Positions 42,738 to 53,341 of a DNA stretch of 64,000 bases are shown here, piece after piece. Source of the stretch: Clostridia bacterium (GTDB lineage: Bacteria > Bacillota > Clostridia > Oscillospirales > CAG-272); contig JAFTSU010000002.1 in NCBI GenBank assembly GCA_017467105.1, forward strand, positions 130,481 through 194,480, given 5' to 3'. The position numbers were made by a program, and so were the translations under genes. The notes beneath the pieces are model-generated. The model did not search any database and was not told the origin of the DNA. It was given only the letters and a program-made list of their open reading frames with translations. How positions within the stretch are numbered: the stretch's first letter is position 1; each line of letters opens with the position of its first letter.

Positions 42738-42761
42738 CGAAGGATATCCCTTCGTTTTTTT
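42738..42761 (+). terminator. Intrinsic terminator inside the nrdD leader (attenuator candidate)
   Basis: CGAAGG-ATATC-CCTTCG followed by seven T, ending ~80 nt upstream of the nrdD ATG. Confidence 0.6.
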
Positions 42762-42840
42762 ATCCCCAAAGCATTAGGGGGCGGAACTCGGCGGCGGATC
42801 CGTCGTAAAGGATTAAAATACTAAAGAAAGGAAGAACTGA

Positions 42841-45012
42841 ATGAAGCTTATTAAGAGAAACGGCTCGGAAGAGGAATTTGATAAGAATAAAATATATCTG
42901 GCGGTAGAAAAGGCAAACAACGCCGTTGATGACGCGGACAGAATCAGACCGGGACAGATAGAAAAAATAACGGACAGAGTAACGAAAAAATGCGTGAAGC
43001 TCGCTCGCGCCGTAAGCGTGGAGGAGATACAGGATATGGTCGAGAGGGAAATAATGGCTCTCGGCGCATTCGCTCTGGCGAAGGCTTACATTACTTATAG
43101 ATACACCCGTGAGCTTGTACGTCGCGCGAACACTACCGATGACAAGATAATATCGCTCATAGAGTGTAATAACGAGGAGGTAAAGCAGGAGAACTCCAAC
43201 AAGAATCCAACAGTCAACAGCGTGCAGCGCGACTATATGGCAGGCGAGGTATCTAAGGATATAACTCGCAGACTCCTGTTGCCGCCGGATATAGTCAAGG
43301 CGCACGACGAGGGTATCATTCATTTTCACGATGCCGATTACTTCGCTCAGCATATGCACAATTGCGATCTTGTAAATCTTGGAGATATGCTTGAGAACGG
43401 CACGGTGATCAGCGGCACCCTTATTGAGAAGCCCCACAGCTTCTCTACAGCATGCAATATATCAACGCAGATAATCGCGCAGGTGGCGTCTAACCAATAC
43501 GGTGGTCAGTCTATCAGCCTGACGCATCTCGCCCCCTTTGTAAATATCAGCAGACAGAAGATAAGGCGCGCTGTTACCGAGGAGCTCTCTGAGCTTGGAA
43601 TTACGGATTCCGAGAGTATAGATCGGATAACGGAGAAGCGGCTTCGCGAGGAGATAAACCGTGGAGTCCAGTGTATACAGTACCAGGTAGTAACTCTTCT
43701 GACAACTAACGGTCAGGCTCCCTTTATAACCGTGTTTATGTATCTCGGTGAGGCGAAGGATGAGCAGGAGAGGGACGACCTCGCGCTTATCATAGAGGAG
43801 GTTCTGGAGCAGCGCTATCAAGGTGTAAAGAACGAGAGCGGAGCTTGGATAACTCCCGCCTTCCCCAAGCTTATCTACGTGCTTGAGGAGGATAACGTAA
43901 GAGAGGGAAGCAAGTATTACTATCTCACGAAGCTGGCAGCTAAATGCACGGCGAAGAGAATGGTTCCCGACTATATTTCCGAGAAGATAATGCTGGAGAG
44001 CAAGATAGACAAGAACGGAAACGGGCAGTGCTATACCTGTATGGGCTGCCGCTCCTTCCTTACCCCATACGTTGACGAGAACGGAGAGCCGAAATACTAC
44101 GGCCGCTTCAATCAGGGCGTGGTTACGGTCAATCTGGTTGATATTGGTCTTTCCGCCGGCGGAGATATGGAGAAGTTCTGGAGGATATTTGACGAGAGGA
44201 TGAAGCTCTGTCACAGAGCGCTGAGAGCGCGCCACGAGCGGCTGCTCGGTACTCCGTCAGACGCGGCTCCGATCCTTTGGCAGTACGGAGCGCTCACAAG
44301 ACTCGGTAAGGGCGAAAAGATAGATAAATATCTTTATGGCGGATATTCCACCCTGTCGCTTGGCTATGCGGGTCTTTGGGAGTGCGTATACGCGCTTAAC
44401 GGCAAGAAGCTCACCGAGCCGGAGGGTGAAGCGCTCGGTCTTGAGATAATGAAAAAGCTGAACGAGTACACAGCTAAGTGGAAATCGGCGGAAAACATCG
44501 ACTACTCTCTCTACGGAACACCGCTGGAAAGCACTACTTATAAGTTTGCTAAGGCACTTCAGCGCAGATTCGGTGTTATAGAGGGTGTCAGTGATAAGAA
44601 TTATATCACCAACTCATATCACGTTCACGTAACGGAGCCGATCGACGCCTTTGCCAAGCTTGAGCTTGAGGCTAAATTCCAGAAGCTCTCTCCCGGCGGC
44701 GCAATTTCCTACGTAGAGGTACCGGATATGCAGAATAATCTGGATGCTGTCCTCGGTGTTATGGAGTACATATACGACCACATTATGTACGCGGAGCTGA
44801 ATACCAAATCCGATTTCTGTCAGGAGTGCGGCTTTGACGGTGAGATAGAGATAAAGGAGGTTGACGGCAAGCTGCTCTGGGAGTGCCCGGTTTGTCACAA
44901 CCGCGACCAATCCAAGATGAACGTTGCCCGTCGAACCTGCGGATATATCGGTACTCAGTATTGGAATCAAGGTAGAACGCAGGAGATACAGGAAAGAGTC
45001 CTTCACCTGTGA
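42841..45012 (+). CDS. nrdD: Anaerobic ribonucleoside-triphosphate reductase (class III)
   Basis: N-terminal ATP-cone, C-terminal Zn site CQECG...CPVCHN, glycyl-radical motif RTCGYIG. Confidence 0.96.
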   Translation: MKLIKRNGSEEEFDKNKIYLAVEKANNAVDDADRIRPGQIEKITDRVTKKCVKLARAVSVEEIQDMVEREIMALGAFALAKAYITYRYTRELVRRANTTDDKIISLIECNNEEVKQENSNKNPTVNSVQRDYMAGEVSKDITRRLLLPPDIVKAHDEGIIHFHDADYFAQHMHNCDLVNLGDMLENGTVISGTLIEKPHSFSTACNISTQIIAQVASNQYGGQSISLTHLAPFVNISRQKIRRAVTEELSELGITDSESIDRITEKRLREEINRGVQCIQYQVVTLLTTNGQAPFITVFMYLGEAKDEQERDDLALIIEEVLEQRYQGVKNESGAWITPAFPKLIYVLEEDNVREGSKYYYLTKLAAKCTAKRMVPDYISEKIMLESKIDKNGNGQCYTCMGCRSFLTPYVDENGEPKYYGRFNQGVVTVNLVDIGLSAGGDMEKFWRIFDERMKLCHRALRARHERLLGTPSDAAPILWQYGALTRLGKGEKIDKYLYGGYSTLSLGYAGLWECVYALNGKKLTEPEGEALGLEIMKKLNEYTAKWKSAENIDYSLYGTPLESTTYKFAKALQRRFGVIEGVSDKNYITNSYHVHVTEPIDAFAKLELEAKFQKLSPGGAISYVEVPDMQNNLDAVLGVMEYIYDHIMYAELNTKSDFCQECGFDGEIEIKEVDGKLLWECPVCHNRDQSKMNVARRTCGYIGTQYWNQGRTQEIQERVLHL

Positions 45013-45041
45013 TTTTGTAAACAAAAGTAGCAAAAATATAG

Positions 45042-45092
45042 AAAAAGAGCCGGAATGCGAGAGGTGTATATCTTGCATTTTGGCTCTTTTGT
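45042..45092. terminator. Bidirectional terminator between nrdD and the convergent acyltransferase gene
   Basis: AAAGAGCC...GGCTCTTT outer stem extended by AATGC/GCATT pairs. A-run upstream and T-run downstream. Confidence 0.7.
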
Positions 45093-45153
45093 TGGTTATA
45101 ATACGCTATTTTACTCTGGTTATGCGGATGTCGGATTGCCTATGCTCCGAGGA

Positions 45154-46467
45154 CTATCGGCTTGCCTTCGCCTTGCGAGCGGCTCGTAATGCCTCTGCCT
45201 TTTCGGATGCTATCTTATACAGCTCCTCGTGGGCGAGGCGTATCTTTGTAACTATATCTTCCTTTATCTTCGGGAAGCAATAGAACAGATGGTCGTTATT
45301 GCCGAAAGATATAATATCTCCAAGCTCATACCAGTTGAAATCCGCGTTTGCCGTATAGGATGAAAGAAGCTTTTGAGTATAGCTCAGCTCTCCATCGCAG
45401 CCCTCGAGAGTGAAGCCGTGCTCGCCGTGAGTCATCCTTCCCTCTCCAACGTGGAATATTTTCGTCGTGTCGATGGTCATACATATATCGACCGGCAGCT
45501 CTATACCGTAATCGCCGCGCTCGATCTCCTCCTTGACCTTGGCTCTTTGCCAGAGGTACCAATCGGGAACGTGTGTGAACTTACCCCCGCCCTCGCCCTG
45601 ATATACGAGAGAGCCAAGCTCGTCCAGCACGTAGCTCTCGCCGCAGGCGGTACAGCTAAGGGTCACGCCCTCGCCCTTCATCTTACCCTCGGACATACAG
45701 TGGGGGCATTTATACAGAACGCGATTCAGATAATCTGCGCGGAAATTCTCCGTTATACGAACTTCATTCTCCTTCTGCCACGCAAATCCGTCGAAGGTGA
45801 ACTCCTTTTCTACTATTCGCCCTATCTGCTCGATGGACATCTCCTTTATATCATCGGGCGAGAGAATATATTGCTCCGTGGCGCTGACTTTGATCTTTCT
45901 GCGCTGGAGATTGTTGTATAGGGGGTCTCTTAGAAAGGCGCCGTAGCTCTTTATCATAACGACGGGTATAGAGAGCATCTTTATAAGCGAAGCGGTGGTT
46001 GCTATGGGCATAGTGGTACAGGTACCGTCAAAGGTATAGCCTGCCTCGGGGAAAAGCACCACGGAGCTTTTCAGATTCCTTACCGTGTGGATAATGTCAC
46101 GGACCAGAGTGGAGTCGGATACGAACTTATTGGTCGGAATACATCCTATCCATCTCATCAGCGCGTCCTTGCCTATAAAGCCGTCGCTCGTGGTAATTAT
46201 ATTGAACGGACGGGGATAGAGCATGGATGCCACTATCTCCAGATCTATGAAGCTTGAGTGATTCATTAAAAAGAGCGCGGGCTCGTTTTTTTGAAGCTTG
46301 TCCATACCGATCTTCTCGTATTTGAATTTTGTCGCCCACAGATCAGGCAGGGATACAAGCTTAAGTAGGGTGCGGAAGAACATATTCGGCTTGATAGGCT
46401 TTGCGTGCTTCTTTTTCTGAAGCTCCGTTACCTCTTTATAGGTTTTTTCAACTACCTTTATCTTCAT
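45154..46467 (-). CDS. Lysophospholipid (PlsC-type) acyltransferase family protein with a C-terminal CxxC...CxxC ribbon
   Basis: HxxxxD box NHSSFIDL, CPHC...CTAC. ATG 46467 with an AAGGAG RBS is preferred over the 46518 start. Confidence 0.8.
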   Translation of the reverse strand: MKIKVVEKTYKEVTELQKKKHAKPIKPNMFFRTLLKLVSLPDLWATKFKYEKIGMDKLQKNEPALFLMNHSSFIDLEIVASMLYPRPFNIITTSDGFIGKDALMRWIGCIPTNKFVSDSTLVRDIIHTVRNLKSSVVLFPEAGYTFDGTCTTMPIATTASLIKMLSIPVVMIKSYGAFLRDPLYNNLQRRKIKVSATEQYILSPDDIKEMSIEQIGRIVEKEFTFDGFAWQKENEVRITENFRADYLNRVLYKCPHCMSEGKMKGEGVTLSCTACGESYVLDELGSLVYQGEGGGKFTHVPDWYLWQRAKVKEEIERGDYGIELPVDICMTIDTTKIFHVGEGRMTHGEHGFTLEGCDGELSYTQKLLSSYTANADFNWYELGDIISFGNNDHLFYCFPKIKEDIVTKIRLAHEELYKIASEKAEALRAARKAKASR

Positions 46468-46695
46468 GTCCTGCTCCTTATGAATATTTGGTGCACAAGC
46501 TCTAGAACATTGTACCATATTAAGTCTCCAAAAGCAATAGAAAAATCAATTTTGGTTGATACTGGATTAATAATTTGTTAAAATTTAGGAGATGTATCGG
46601 GGCACGCTCCAAATAATACTTGATTTCAGACTTTACATAATGTATAATATTTTTATGAATTAATGTCGGCAAAGGTCGACGGAGCGGAGGAAAAT

Positions 46696-48240
46696 ATGTT
46701 CTCTAAGGTATATTCTGCCGGTGTCATTGGCATAGAGGGCTTTGAGGTTGTGGTAGAGTGCAGCGCCTGGGACAGAGTGCCGAAATTTGAGCTTTCGGGT
46801 CTTGCGGATACTGCTGTAAAGGAAGCGAAAAACCGAGTGAGAAGCGCATCGGAAAACAGCGGCTTTCTTTTTCCCAGCCTTGATATAATGATAAATCTCG
46901 CCCCCGCCGACGTTAAGAAGGAGGGCTCGGGATACGATCTTGCTATGATCTGCGCTATAATGCAGTGCGATAGGATCATTCCCGCGGATTACGATTTTTC
47001 TGATAAATGCTTTATAGGAGAGCTGTCTCTTTCCGGCGAGGTTCGCTCTGTCAGCGGTGTGCTGTCTATGGCTATTGCAGCCAGAGCCGCCGGCAGACGT
47101 GAGGTATTCGTTCCATTTGAGACGGCGGGCGAGGCAGCCGTGGTCGACGGAATATCCGTATACGGCGTTCGTAGTCTTCGACAGCTTGTCGATCACATAA
47201 GGGGCAAGGAGCTGATAGAGCCGCAGAGATTTGACGCAAGAGCCTTTGATCTGTCCGCAAGACCGGACGGGCTGGACTTCAGTGACGTTCGCGGTCAGCT
47301 TAAGGCTAAGCGCGCTCTCGAGATCGCGGCGGCAGGAGGCCATAACGTGCTTATGATAGGTCCTCCCGGCGCAGGCAAATCCATGATGGCGAAGCGGCTG
47401 CCTACAATACTACCGGATATGACCTTCGAGGAGGCGGTTGAAACCACCAAGATACATTCGGTTACCGGTACTCTGAAGTCAAATCTCGTAACCGACAGAC
47501 CCTTCCGCTCACCTCATCACACGGTAACTATGCCCGGACTGGTTGGAGGAGGAGCGGTACCGAAGCCGGGAGAGATATCCTTGGCAAACAACGGCGTTCT
47601 GTTTCTTGACGAGCTGCCGGAGTTTTCAAAGCAGGTGACCGAGTCTCTCCGTCAGCCTCTGGAGGACGGTGTGGTGACAGTGACCCGCGCGGCAGCCAAG
47701 ATAACCTATCCCGCGTCGTTTATGCTGGTGTGCGCGATGAATCCCTGCAGATGCGGATATTTCGGCGACCCGGTGCGTATGTGCACCTGTACTCCCGCTT
47801 CAAGACAGAGCTATCTGCAGAAGGTCAGCGGACCCCTTCTTGACAGAATAGATATAGAGATAGAATTGCCGTCCGTTACCTATAATGAAATATCCGGCAA
47901 GACCGCGCCCGGAGAGCCCTCGTCATCTATCAGAGAAAGGGTAAACCGCTCCAGAAAATATACTGATGAAAGGCTTCAGCGAGGCGGCGATAAGCCGGGT
48001 ACGCTCAATGCGTATATGACGCCAAGGATGATGCGTAAGTACTGCACTCCCGACGAGGAAGGGCAGAAGCTTCTTAAGGAGGCGTTTGACGCTTTAGGCC
48101 TTTCTGCAAGAGGGCATGACAGAGTTCTGAAGGTGGCAAGAACTATTGCAGATCTTGACGGTATGGATAAGATAAACGCCGATCATATAGCTGAGGCGAT
48201 AATGTACAGAACGCTTGACAGAAAGTATTGGAAAAGATAA
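46696..48240 (+). CDS. comM: YifB/ComM family Mg-chelatase-like AAA+ ATPase
   Basis: Lon-like N-domain, Walker A GPPGAGKSM, FLDELPEF. ATG 46696 follows a GGAGG RBS. Confidence 0.9.
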   Translation: MFSKVYSAGVIGIEGFEVVVECSAWDRVPKFELSGLADTAVKEAKNRVRSASENSGFLFPSLDIMINLAPADVKKEGSGYDLAMICAIMQCDRIIPADYDFSDKCFIGELSLSGEVRSVSGVLSMAIAARAAGRREVFVPFETAGEAAVVDGISVYGVRSLRQLVDHIRGKELIEPQRFDARAFDLSARPDGLDFSDVRGQLKAKRALEIAAAGGHNVLMIGPPGAGKSMMAKRLPTILPDMTFEEAVETTKIHSVTGTLKSNLVTDRPFRSPHHTVTMPGLVGGGAVPKPGEISLANNGVLFLDELPEFSKQVTESLRQPLEDGVVTVTRAAAKITYPASFMLVCAMNPCRCGYFGDPVRMCTCTPASRQSYLQKVSGPLLDRIDIEIELPSVTYNEISGKTAPGEPSSSIRERVNRSRKYTDERLQRGGDKPGTLNAYMTPRMMRKYCTPDEEGQKLLKEAFDALGLSARGHDRVLKVARTIADLDGMDKINADHIAEAIMYRTLDRKYWKR

Positions 48241-48244
48241 GCTT

Positions 48245-48272
48245 TACCCCGAGGGTTTTCGCCCTCGGGGTA
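48245..48272 (+). other. Strong GC hairpin between comM and the U32 peptidase gene
   Basis: TACCCCGAGGG-N6-CCCTCGGGGTA. No T tract, and the next gene's RBS follows directly. Confidence 0.5.
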
Positions 48273-48287
48273 AATAAGGAGAATTGA

Positions 48288-50675
48288 ATGATAAGACGAG
48301 CAGCTCTGCCGGAGCTTTTATCCCCGGCGGGAAATTACGATTGTCTTGTAGCCGCGATCGTCGGAGGAGCGGACGCAGTCTATATTGGTGGAGAGCGGTT
48401 TGGCGCGCGTGCATATGCGGAAAATTTTGACACGGGTGCGATCAAACGAGCCGTTACTCTTTGCAAGCTGAACGGTGTCAGACTGTACGTTACCGTGAAT
48501 ACGCTGATCACCGACAAGGAAATGGCGGATGCCGTAAGCTATGCCATAGAGCTATATAAGCTGGGTGTGGACGCGCTCATTGTTGCGGACGTGGGACTGA
48601 TACGCGAGATCAGACGAGCGCTTCCGAATATGGAGCTTCACGCGTCAACACAGCTCTCCGTGCATAATACGCCGGGCGCTGACGAGGCGTACGCTCTAGG
48701 ATGCGCGAGGGTCGTTCCCGCAAGAGAATTATCTCTTGAAAATATACGCCGTGTCACGAGAGAGAGCAAGCCCGAGGTTGAGGTGTTTTTGCACGGCGCG
48801 CTATGCGTTTCACACTCGGGGCAATGCCTTTTCTCCTCTCTTGTCGGAGGCAGAAGCGGAAACAGGGGCGAGTGCGCCCAGCCCTGCAGATTGCCCTATA
48901 CCACAGCCTGCGGTAAGGGTTATCCTCTATCCCTTAAGGATCTGTCTCTCGCATCGTATATTCCGGAGCTTATAGAGTCGGGAGTCGCTTCGCTGAAGAT
49001 AGAGGGCAGAATGAAATCTCCCGAGTACGTATATACCGTTACGAGTATATACAGACGTCTTCTTGACGAGGGGAGAGCGGCAGATGAGAGCGAGCTTCTC
49101 GCGCTTCGCAAAGCCTTCTCCCGCGATGGCTTTACCGACGGTTATTTTACAGGAAAAATTGACACGGGTATGACCGGAGTGCGAAGTGAGCGCGATAAAC
49201 AGGAGTCCAAGGAGACCAAGACGCCTGTTCCGTCCCTTGAGCGTACGAGGGTGAAGGCTAAGGTAAGGATAGTCCCCGGAGAGCCCGCCTCGATGACGCT
49301 TATCCTTGGTGAGCGAAGGGTCACGGCGACGGGAGATGCTCCCGAGGAGGCGGAAAGCCGTCCACTGACTCCTGAGGACGTAACGGAGAGGCTCTGTAAA
49401 ATGGGCAACACCTGTCTGTCGCTTTCGCCATCCGATATAGATCTGACTCTCGGTGAAGGACTTAACGTCTCTCCCGCCAGGTTGAATGCTCTGCGGCGCG
49501 AGGCGGCAGAGATGCTTGAAAATTTTGGCAGAGAGTACGCAGGAGAATATACCTATGAGAAAACCGACTCCAAGTCAAATGACGGTAAAGCGGATACAAT
49601 AGATTTTACAAACGATGGCGATACATTCGGATCTCGGGATGGTCGCGCTAACGGGACGGCTGTAAAGCTGTCTTGCGTTAAGCTGTCCTTGCCGGAAAAG
49701 ACACGCAGCGAGCCGCGCGTCACTACGGCGCAGTTCTTCTCCGAGGAAGCCTATATGGCTGCGTCCGATGATGCCTTAAGCGCCATTGATATCTCGTTTG
49801 TGCCGCTGTTTTCGTCCGATGACGCCATATCGCGCGCCGGAGCGGTCTTTCTTCCGCCGGTGATCACGGACTCGGAGCTTTGCGCGGTCAGAGAGGGACT
49901 TTTGAGAGCAGTCAGACTTGGCGCAAGCTGGGCTCTGGCGGACAATATAGGTCACCTTTCTCTGATACGTGAGGTGGGACTGAGAATTTTCGGAGGCTTC
50001 AGGCTTAATATATACAATCGCGCCGCAAGCGCGGAATATAAGCGTCTCGGAGCATATCTCGGTATACTCTCTCCGGAGCTTACGCTTCCCCAGGCGAGAG
50101 ATATATCCGACGGGGTGGTTATATACGGCAGAATTCCCCTTATGCTTACGGAGCGGTGCTTTATCAGAGAAGGATTTGGGTGTGACAGCTGTGGCAAAGC
50201 CGCCCTTACCGACAGAATGGGTGAAAAATTCCCGATCATAAGGGAGTGGGGACACAGAAATCTGATACTTAATTCGGAGGTCACCTATATGGGTGACAGA
50301 CCCTTGGAGCTTAGAAAATACGGAATAAATCACACGCATTATCTCTTTACGATAGAGAATGGATATGATATCGGGCGAGTGATTTCGGCTATCGGAGAAT
50401 CGAAGCCTCTCGACGTATCGGTCAGACGCGTCGGCAGACGGGACGTGTCAAAATCTGTGGAAAAACCGAATGCACCGCGAAGTGTTGGTGATAAGGTGAA
50501 AACAGAAGTCGGGCGGGGGAAGCAGTCCGATATAGCTTCGGGCAAAAGAAAGCAAGGCGGCTTTAAAAAAACGGGGGAGACCGGAAGAGGCAAAAATGCG
50601 TCGCGCCGAAGCGCTACATCCTCCGAGGAAAGCTCGATTCACCAAAGGCAAATCACAAAAAAGAAAAAGAAATGA
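48288..50675 (+). CDS. Peptidase U32 family protein (long form) with a Lys/Arg-rich C-terminal tail
   Basis: U32 signature region EVFLHGALCVSHSGQCLFSS. 795 aa, ending ...QITKKKKK. Confidence 0.88.
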   Translation: MIRRAALPELLSPAGNYDCLVAAIVGGADAVYIGGERFGARAYAENFDTGAIKRAVTLCKLNGVRLYVTVNTLITDKEMADAVSYAIELYKLGVDALIVADVGLIREIRRALPNMELHASTQLSVHNTPGADEAYALGCARVVPARELSLENIRRVTRESKPEVEVFLHGALCVSHSGQCLFSSLVGGRSGNRGECAQPCRLPYTTACGKGYPLSLKDLSLASYIPELIESGVASLKIEGRMKSPEYVYTVTSIYRRLLDEGRAADESELLALRKAFSRDGFTDGYFTGKIDTGMTGVRSERDKQESKETKTPVPSLERTRVKAKVRIVPGEPASMTLILGERRVTATGDAPEEAESRPLTPEDVTERLCKMGNTCLSLSPSDIDLTLGEGLNVSPARLNALRREAAEMLENFGREYAGEYTYEKTDSKSNDGKADTIDFTNDGDTFGSRDGRANGTAVKLSCVKLSLPEKTRSEPRVTTAQFFSEEAYMAASDDALSAIDISFVPLFSSDDAISRAGAVFLPPVITDSELCAVREGLLRAVRLGASWALADNIGHLSLIREVGLRIFGGFRLNIYNRAASAEYKRLGAYLGILSPELTLPQARDISDGVVIYGRIPLMLTERCFIREGFGCDSCGKAALTDRMGEKFPIIREWGHRNLILNSEVTYMGDRPLELRKYGINHTHYLFTIENGYDIGRVISAIGESKPLDVSVRRVGRRDVSKSVEKPNAPRSVGDKVKTEVGRGKQSDIASGKRKQGGFKKTGETGRGKNASRRSATSSEESSIHQRQITKKKKK

Positions 50676-50682
50676 AAATAAA

Positions 50683-50712
50683 AGCTCTGTACCATTGATA
50701 CAGAGCTTTTTG
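50683..50712. terminator. Bidirectional intrinsic terminator
   Basis: AGCTCTGTA-N7-TACAGAGCT flanked by an A-run and a T-run. Confidence 0.8.
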
Positions 50713-50798
50713 TGTTAAAAATGTTTTAATTCTTAAAGTCTCGTTATACTGAAATGTCAAATATAAGGCTAAAAAGCAAACAAAAGTAGTCAAAGCGC

Positions 50799-52160
50799 CT
50801 ATTTAACACTTACGAGCATATCAGCAGTTACCGTCACCGTAATGCTAAGATTGTACTGACCTCTCGTTACGTGCAGAATTATCTCGCTGCCTTCGCGCGC
50901 CTTGAGTAAATGATCGGTCACGTGATGCTTGCGAGTGACCTCTACGAGCTCACCGTCTACGCTGACGGCGTGTACTATATCGTTCACTCCGATCTTGCCG
51001 CTAAGAGCCGATGAGGGATCGACAGCCGTGACGGTAACCTCTTCCATTTTTATGATCGCGCCGCTTTCCGAGTCGACCGAGAGGCCAAGGGATTTGGCGT
51101 CTATCGTGACACCGAGAAGACATTTTTTAAAGCTTGTTACGGTATCTCCGTCACACTGACTTATTATAGCGTCGGCAATGCTTTTTGCCAGGTCGATCGG
51201 TATAGCATAGGCTATATTATCCACCTCTGAGCCGGTCCTTTTTGCGTTAACTATACCGACAAGCTTGCCGTCTCCATCGAAGAGACCGCCGCCGGAGTTG
51301 CCCTCGTTTATCGCGGCGCTTATTCTCATAACCCTGAGATTCAGAGAGGTTCTGTTATCCGCTCCGACCATCTTGAGCCATTCGCTGTCTACGCTGATTA
51401 TTCCCTCCGTTACGGATATTCCCATACCCTCGGGATTTCCTACCGCTATGACCTCCTCCATCAGCCTGACAGTCTCGGAGCTTCTGATGGAAGCCGGCAC
51501 AGCGTTACTGTTTTTCAGCACGTCGCTGCCGCTGATTCTCAGCACCGCCAGATCCTGAGTCAACGATCCGCCTATGAATTTTGCGCTGATCTTATATCTC
51601 TCATCCTCTTGGCCGTAAAGATATATCTCTATATCCTCGCTGACATGATCCTTCATCACGGAATCCTTGTGATACACAACGTGATAGTTGGTGATCACGT
51701 AGGCGTCGCCCTTCTCCTTATCCAGCTTGTAAATTACGCCGGAGCCGTTAACTATGTACGGATAGGTCTGATCGTCACTTCCGTAATCGTAGTCATAGCC
51801 GGAGTACTTTCTATGGTTTGATACGATCCTGACCGCCGACAGAAGAGGTCTGTATGCGTCCGCAACACCATCGGAATCGAAATCGCCGGGATAATAGTCG
51901 GGAGCCGCATTTTCATCACCCGAACCGCTATCTCCCTCACCGCTTCCGCCGGATGCGCTGTCGCCGGAGCCTGACTCTCCGGAGCTGCCCGAGCCTTCGC
52001 CATTGCCATCGCCTTCCTCGGAGGAGCCTTGACCTTCGTATTTATCGGAGTTTATTAGAGCGTCTATAAGTATACTGCAGGAGGTCATGGAGAAGACCGA
52101 GCAGGTGAGCATTATCAGAACAAGCAGTGCGGACAAGCCGTGCGTCAATTTTTTTCTCAT
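50799..52160 (-). CDS. S1C (HtrA/DegP-like) trypsin-type serine protease, membrane anchored, with a Gly/Ser/Glu/Asp low-complexity spacer
   Basis: N-terminal TM helix, catalytic-Ser motif GNSGGGLF, TNYHVV His region. Confidence 0.88.
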   Translation of the reverse strand: MRKKLTHGLSALLVLIMLTCSVFSMTSCSILIDALINSDKYEGQGSSEEGDGNGEGSGSSGESGSGDSASGGSGEGDSGSGDENAAPDYYPGDFDSDGVADAYRPLLSAVRIVSNHRKYSGYDYDYGSDDQTYPYIVNGSGVIYKLDKEKGDAYVITNYHVVYHKDSVMKDHVSEDIEIYLYGQEDERYKISAKFIGGSLTQDLAVLRISGSDVLKNSNAVPASIRSSETVRLMEEVIAVGNPEGMGISVTEGIISVDSEWLKMVGADNRTSLNLRVMRISAAINEGNSGGGLFDGDGKLVGIVNAKRTGSEVDNIAYAIPIDLAKSIADAIISQCDGDTVTSFKKCLLGVTIDAKSLGLSVDSESGAIIKMEEVTVTAVDPSSALSGKIGVNDIVHAVSVDGELVEVTRKHHVTDHLLKAREGSEIILHVTRGQYNLSITVTVTADMLVSVK

Positions 52161-52335
52161 CTATGTATCCTTTCTCTTTAACTATGAAATTCTACGCTTA
52201 ATATTATTATACAGCATCTTTATTAATAGTCTGTTAATAAAACGGAATTTTTAAAACTTTCTTTTTGTTTAGGTATCTGTTTTGATGCATTGTCTTTTTT
52301 TGCAATAAATAATTTCGTAAAATATGCGAATAATG

Positions 52336-52364
52336 TTGACAGTCAAACGAATTTTTGATAGAAT
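52336..52364 (+). promoter_or_regulatory. Candidate sigma-A promoter of the SDR gene
   Basis: TTGACA, 17 nt, TAGAAT. Confidence 0.55.
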
Positions 52365-52411
52365 TGTATCCGCAGAGATCAATGCAAGAAACAGTAACGG
52401 AGGATAAAAAT

Positions 52412-53203
52412 ATGTCACTTGCGATCATCACCGGCGCATCCAGCGGAATAGGCGCTGAATTTGCTCTTCAGCTTAAGGAGAGATACGGGGTAGACGAGCT
52501 TTGGCTTATCGCTCGTCGCCGGGATAGAATGGAGGAGCTTGGCAGATCCCTTGGCGTAAGGTGCAAGATCATCGTAGCCGATCTTACCGAGAAGAGCGGT
52601 ATAGAGGCGGTGAGAGAGGCACTTGTACAGGAAAAGCCTCAGGTAGACTATCTGATAAACTGCGCGGGCTTTGGAAATTTCGGCAGCTTTGATCAGATCA
52701 GCGAGGCAGAGGTCGAGGGGATGATAGATCTTAACGTAAAGGCTACCGTGCTTATCACACATATGACCGTGCCGTATATGAAGCGCGGGGCGCGTATAGT
52801 AACTATGGGCAGCGGCTCCTGCTTTACGCCGCTTCCTTATTTCAATATATACTCCTCGGGCAAGGTGTTCGTTCTGCATTACACGAAGTCGCTGAACTTT
52901 GAGCTAAAAAAATACGGTATCAGAGCCACCTGCTTCTGTCCCGGCTGGGTAGAAACAGAGTTTCTCGGAAAGGCAACGTCACAAAGCAACGTAACCCGTC
53001 CGCCTCTATCGGCTATGAAGCCGCTTCTTAATTGTAAGAAGGTGGTAAGGGGCTGCTTAAGAAGGGTAAAGCGCGGTCGTACGATGTACGTGACCGGCTG
53101 GTATACCAAGCTTCAGCATCTGCTATTTAAGATACTGCCCGATAAGCTTTTGACTTACGCATGGCTCGGTATGCTTAAAGGTCCCGAAGATAATGGGAAC
53201 TGA
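52412..53203 (+). CDS. SDR-family oxidoreductase
   Basis: TGASSGIG cofactor motif, YSSGK catalytic motif. ATG 52412 follows a GGAGGA RBS. Confidence 0.9.
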   Translation: MSLAIITGASSGIGAEFALQLKERYGVDELWLIARRRDRMEELGRSLGVRCKIIVADLTEKSGIEAVREALVQEKPQVDYLINCAGFGNFGSFDQISEAEVEGMIDLNVKATVLITHMTVPYMKRGARIVTMGSGSCFTPLPYFNIYSSGKVFVLHYTKSLNFELKKYGIRATCFCPGWVETEFLGKATSQSNVTRPPLSAMKPLLNCKKVVRGCLRRVKRGRTMYVTGWYTKLQHLLFKILPDKLLTYAWLGMLKGPEDNGN

Positions 53204-53341
53204 ATGAGGGAAGAGGTGTAAGGCCTTTTCCTTGATCAAAATTGATTTTCGACGGCGGTTTGTGCTTCGCTGAAACGAAATAATCAAAAAACGTGACACG
53301 TATAGCCGTTTTTTGTAAAAAAGATTTAATTGGAGACTGAA

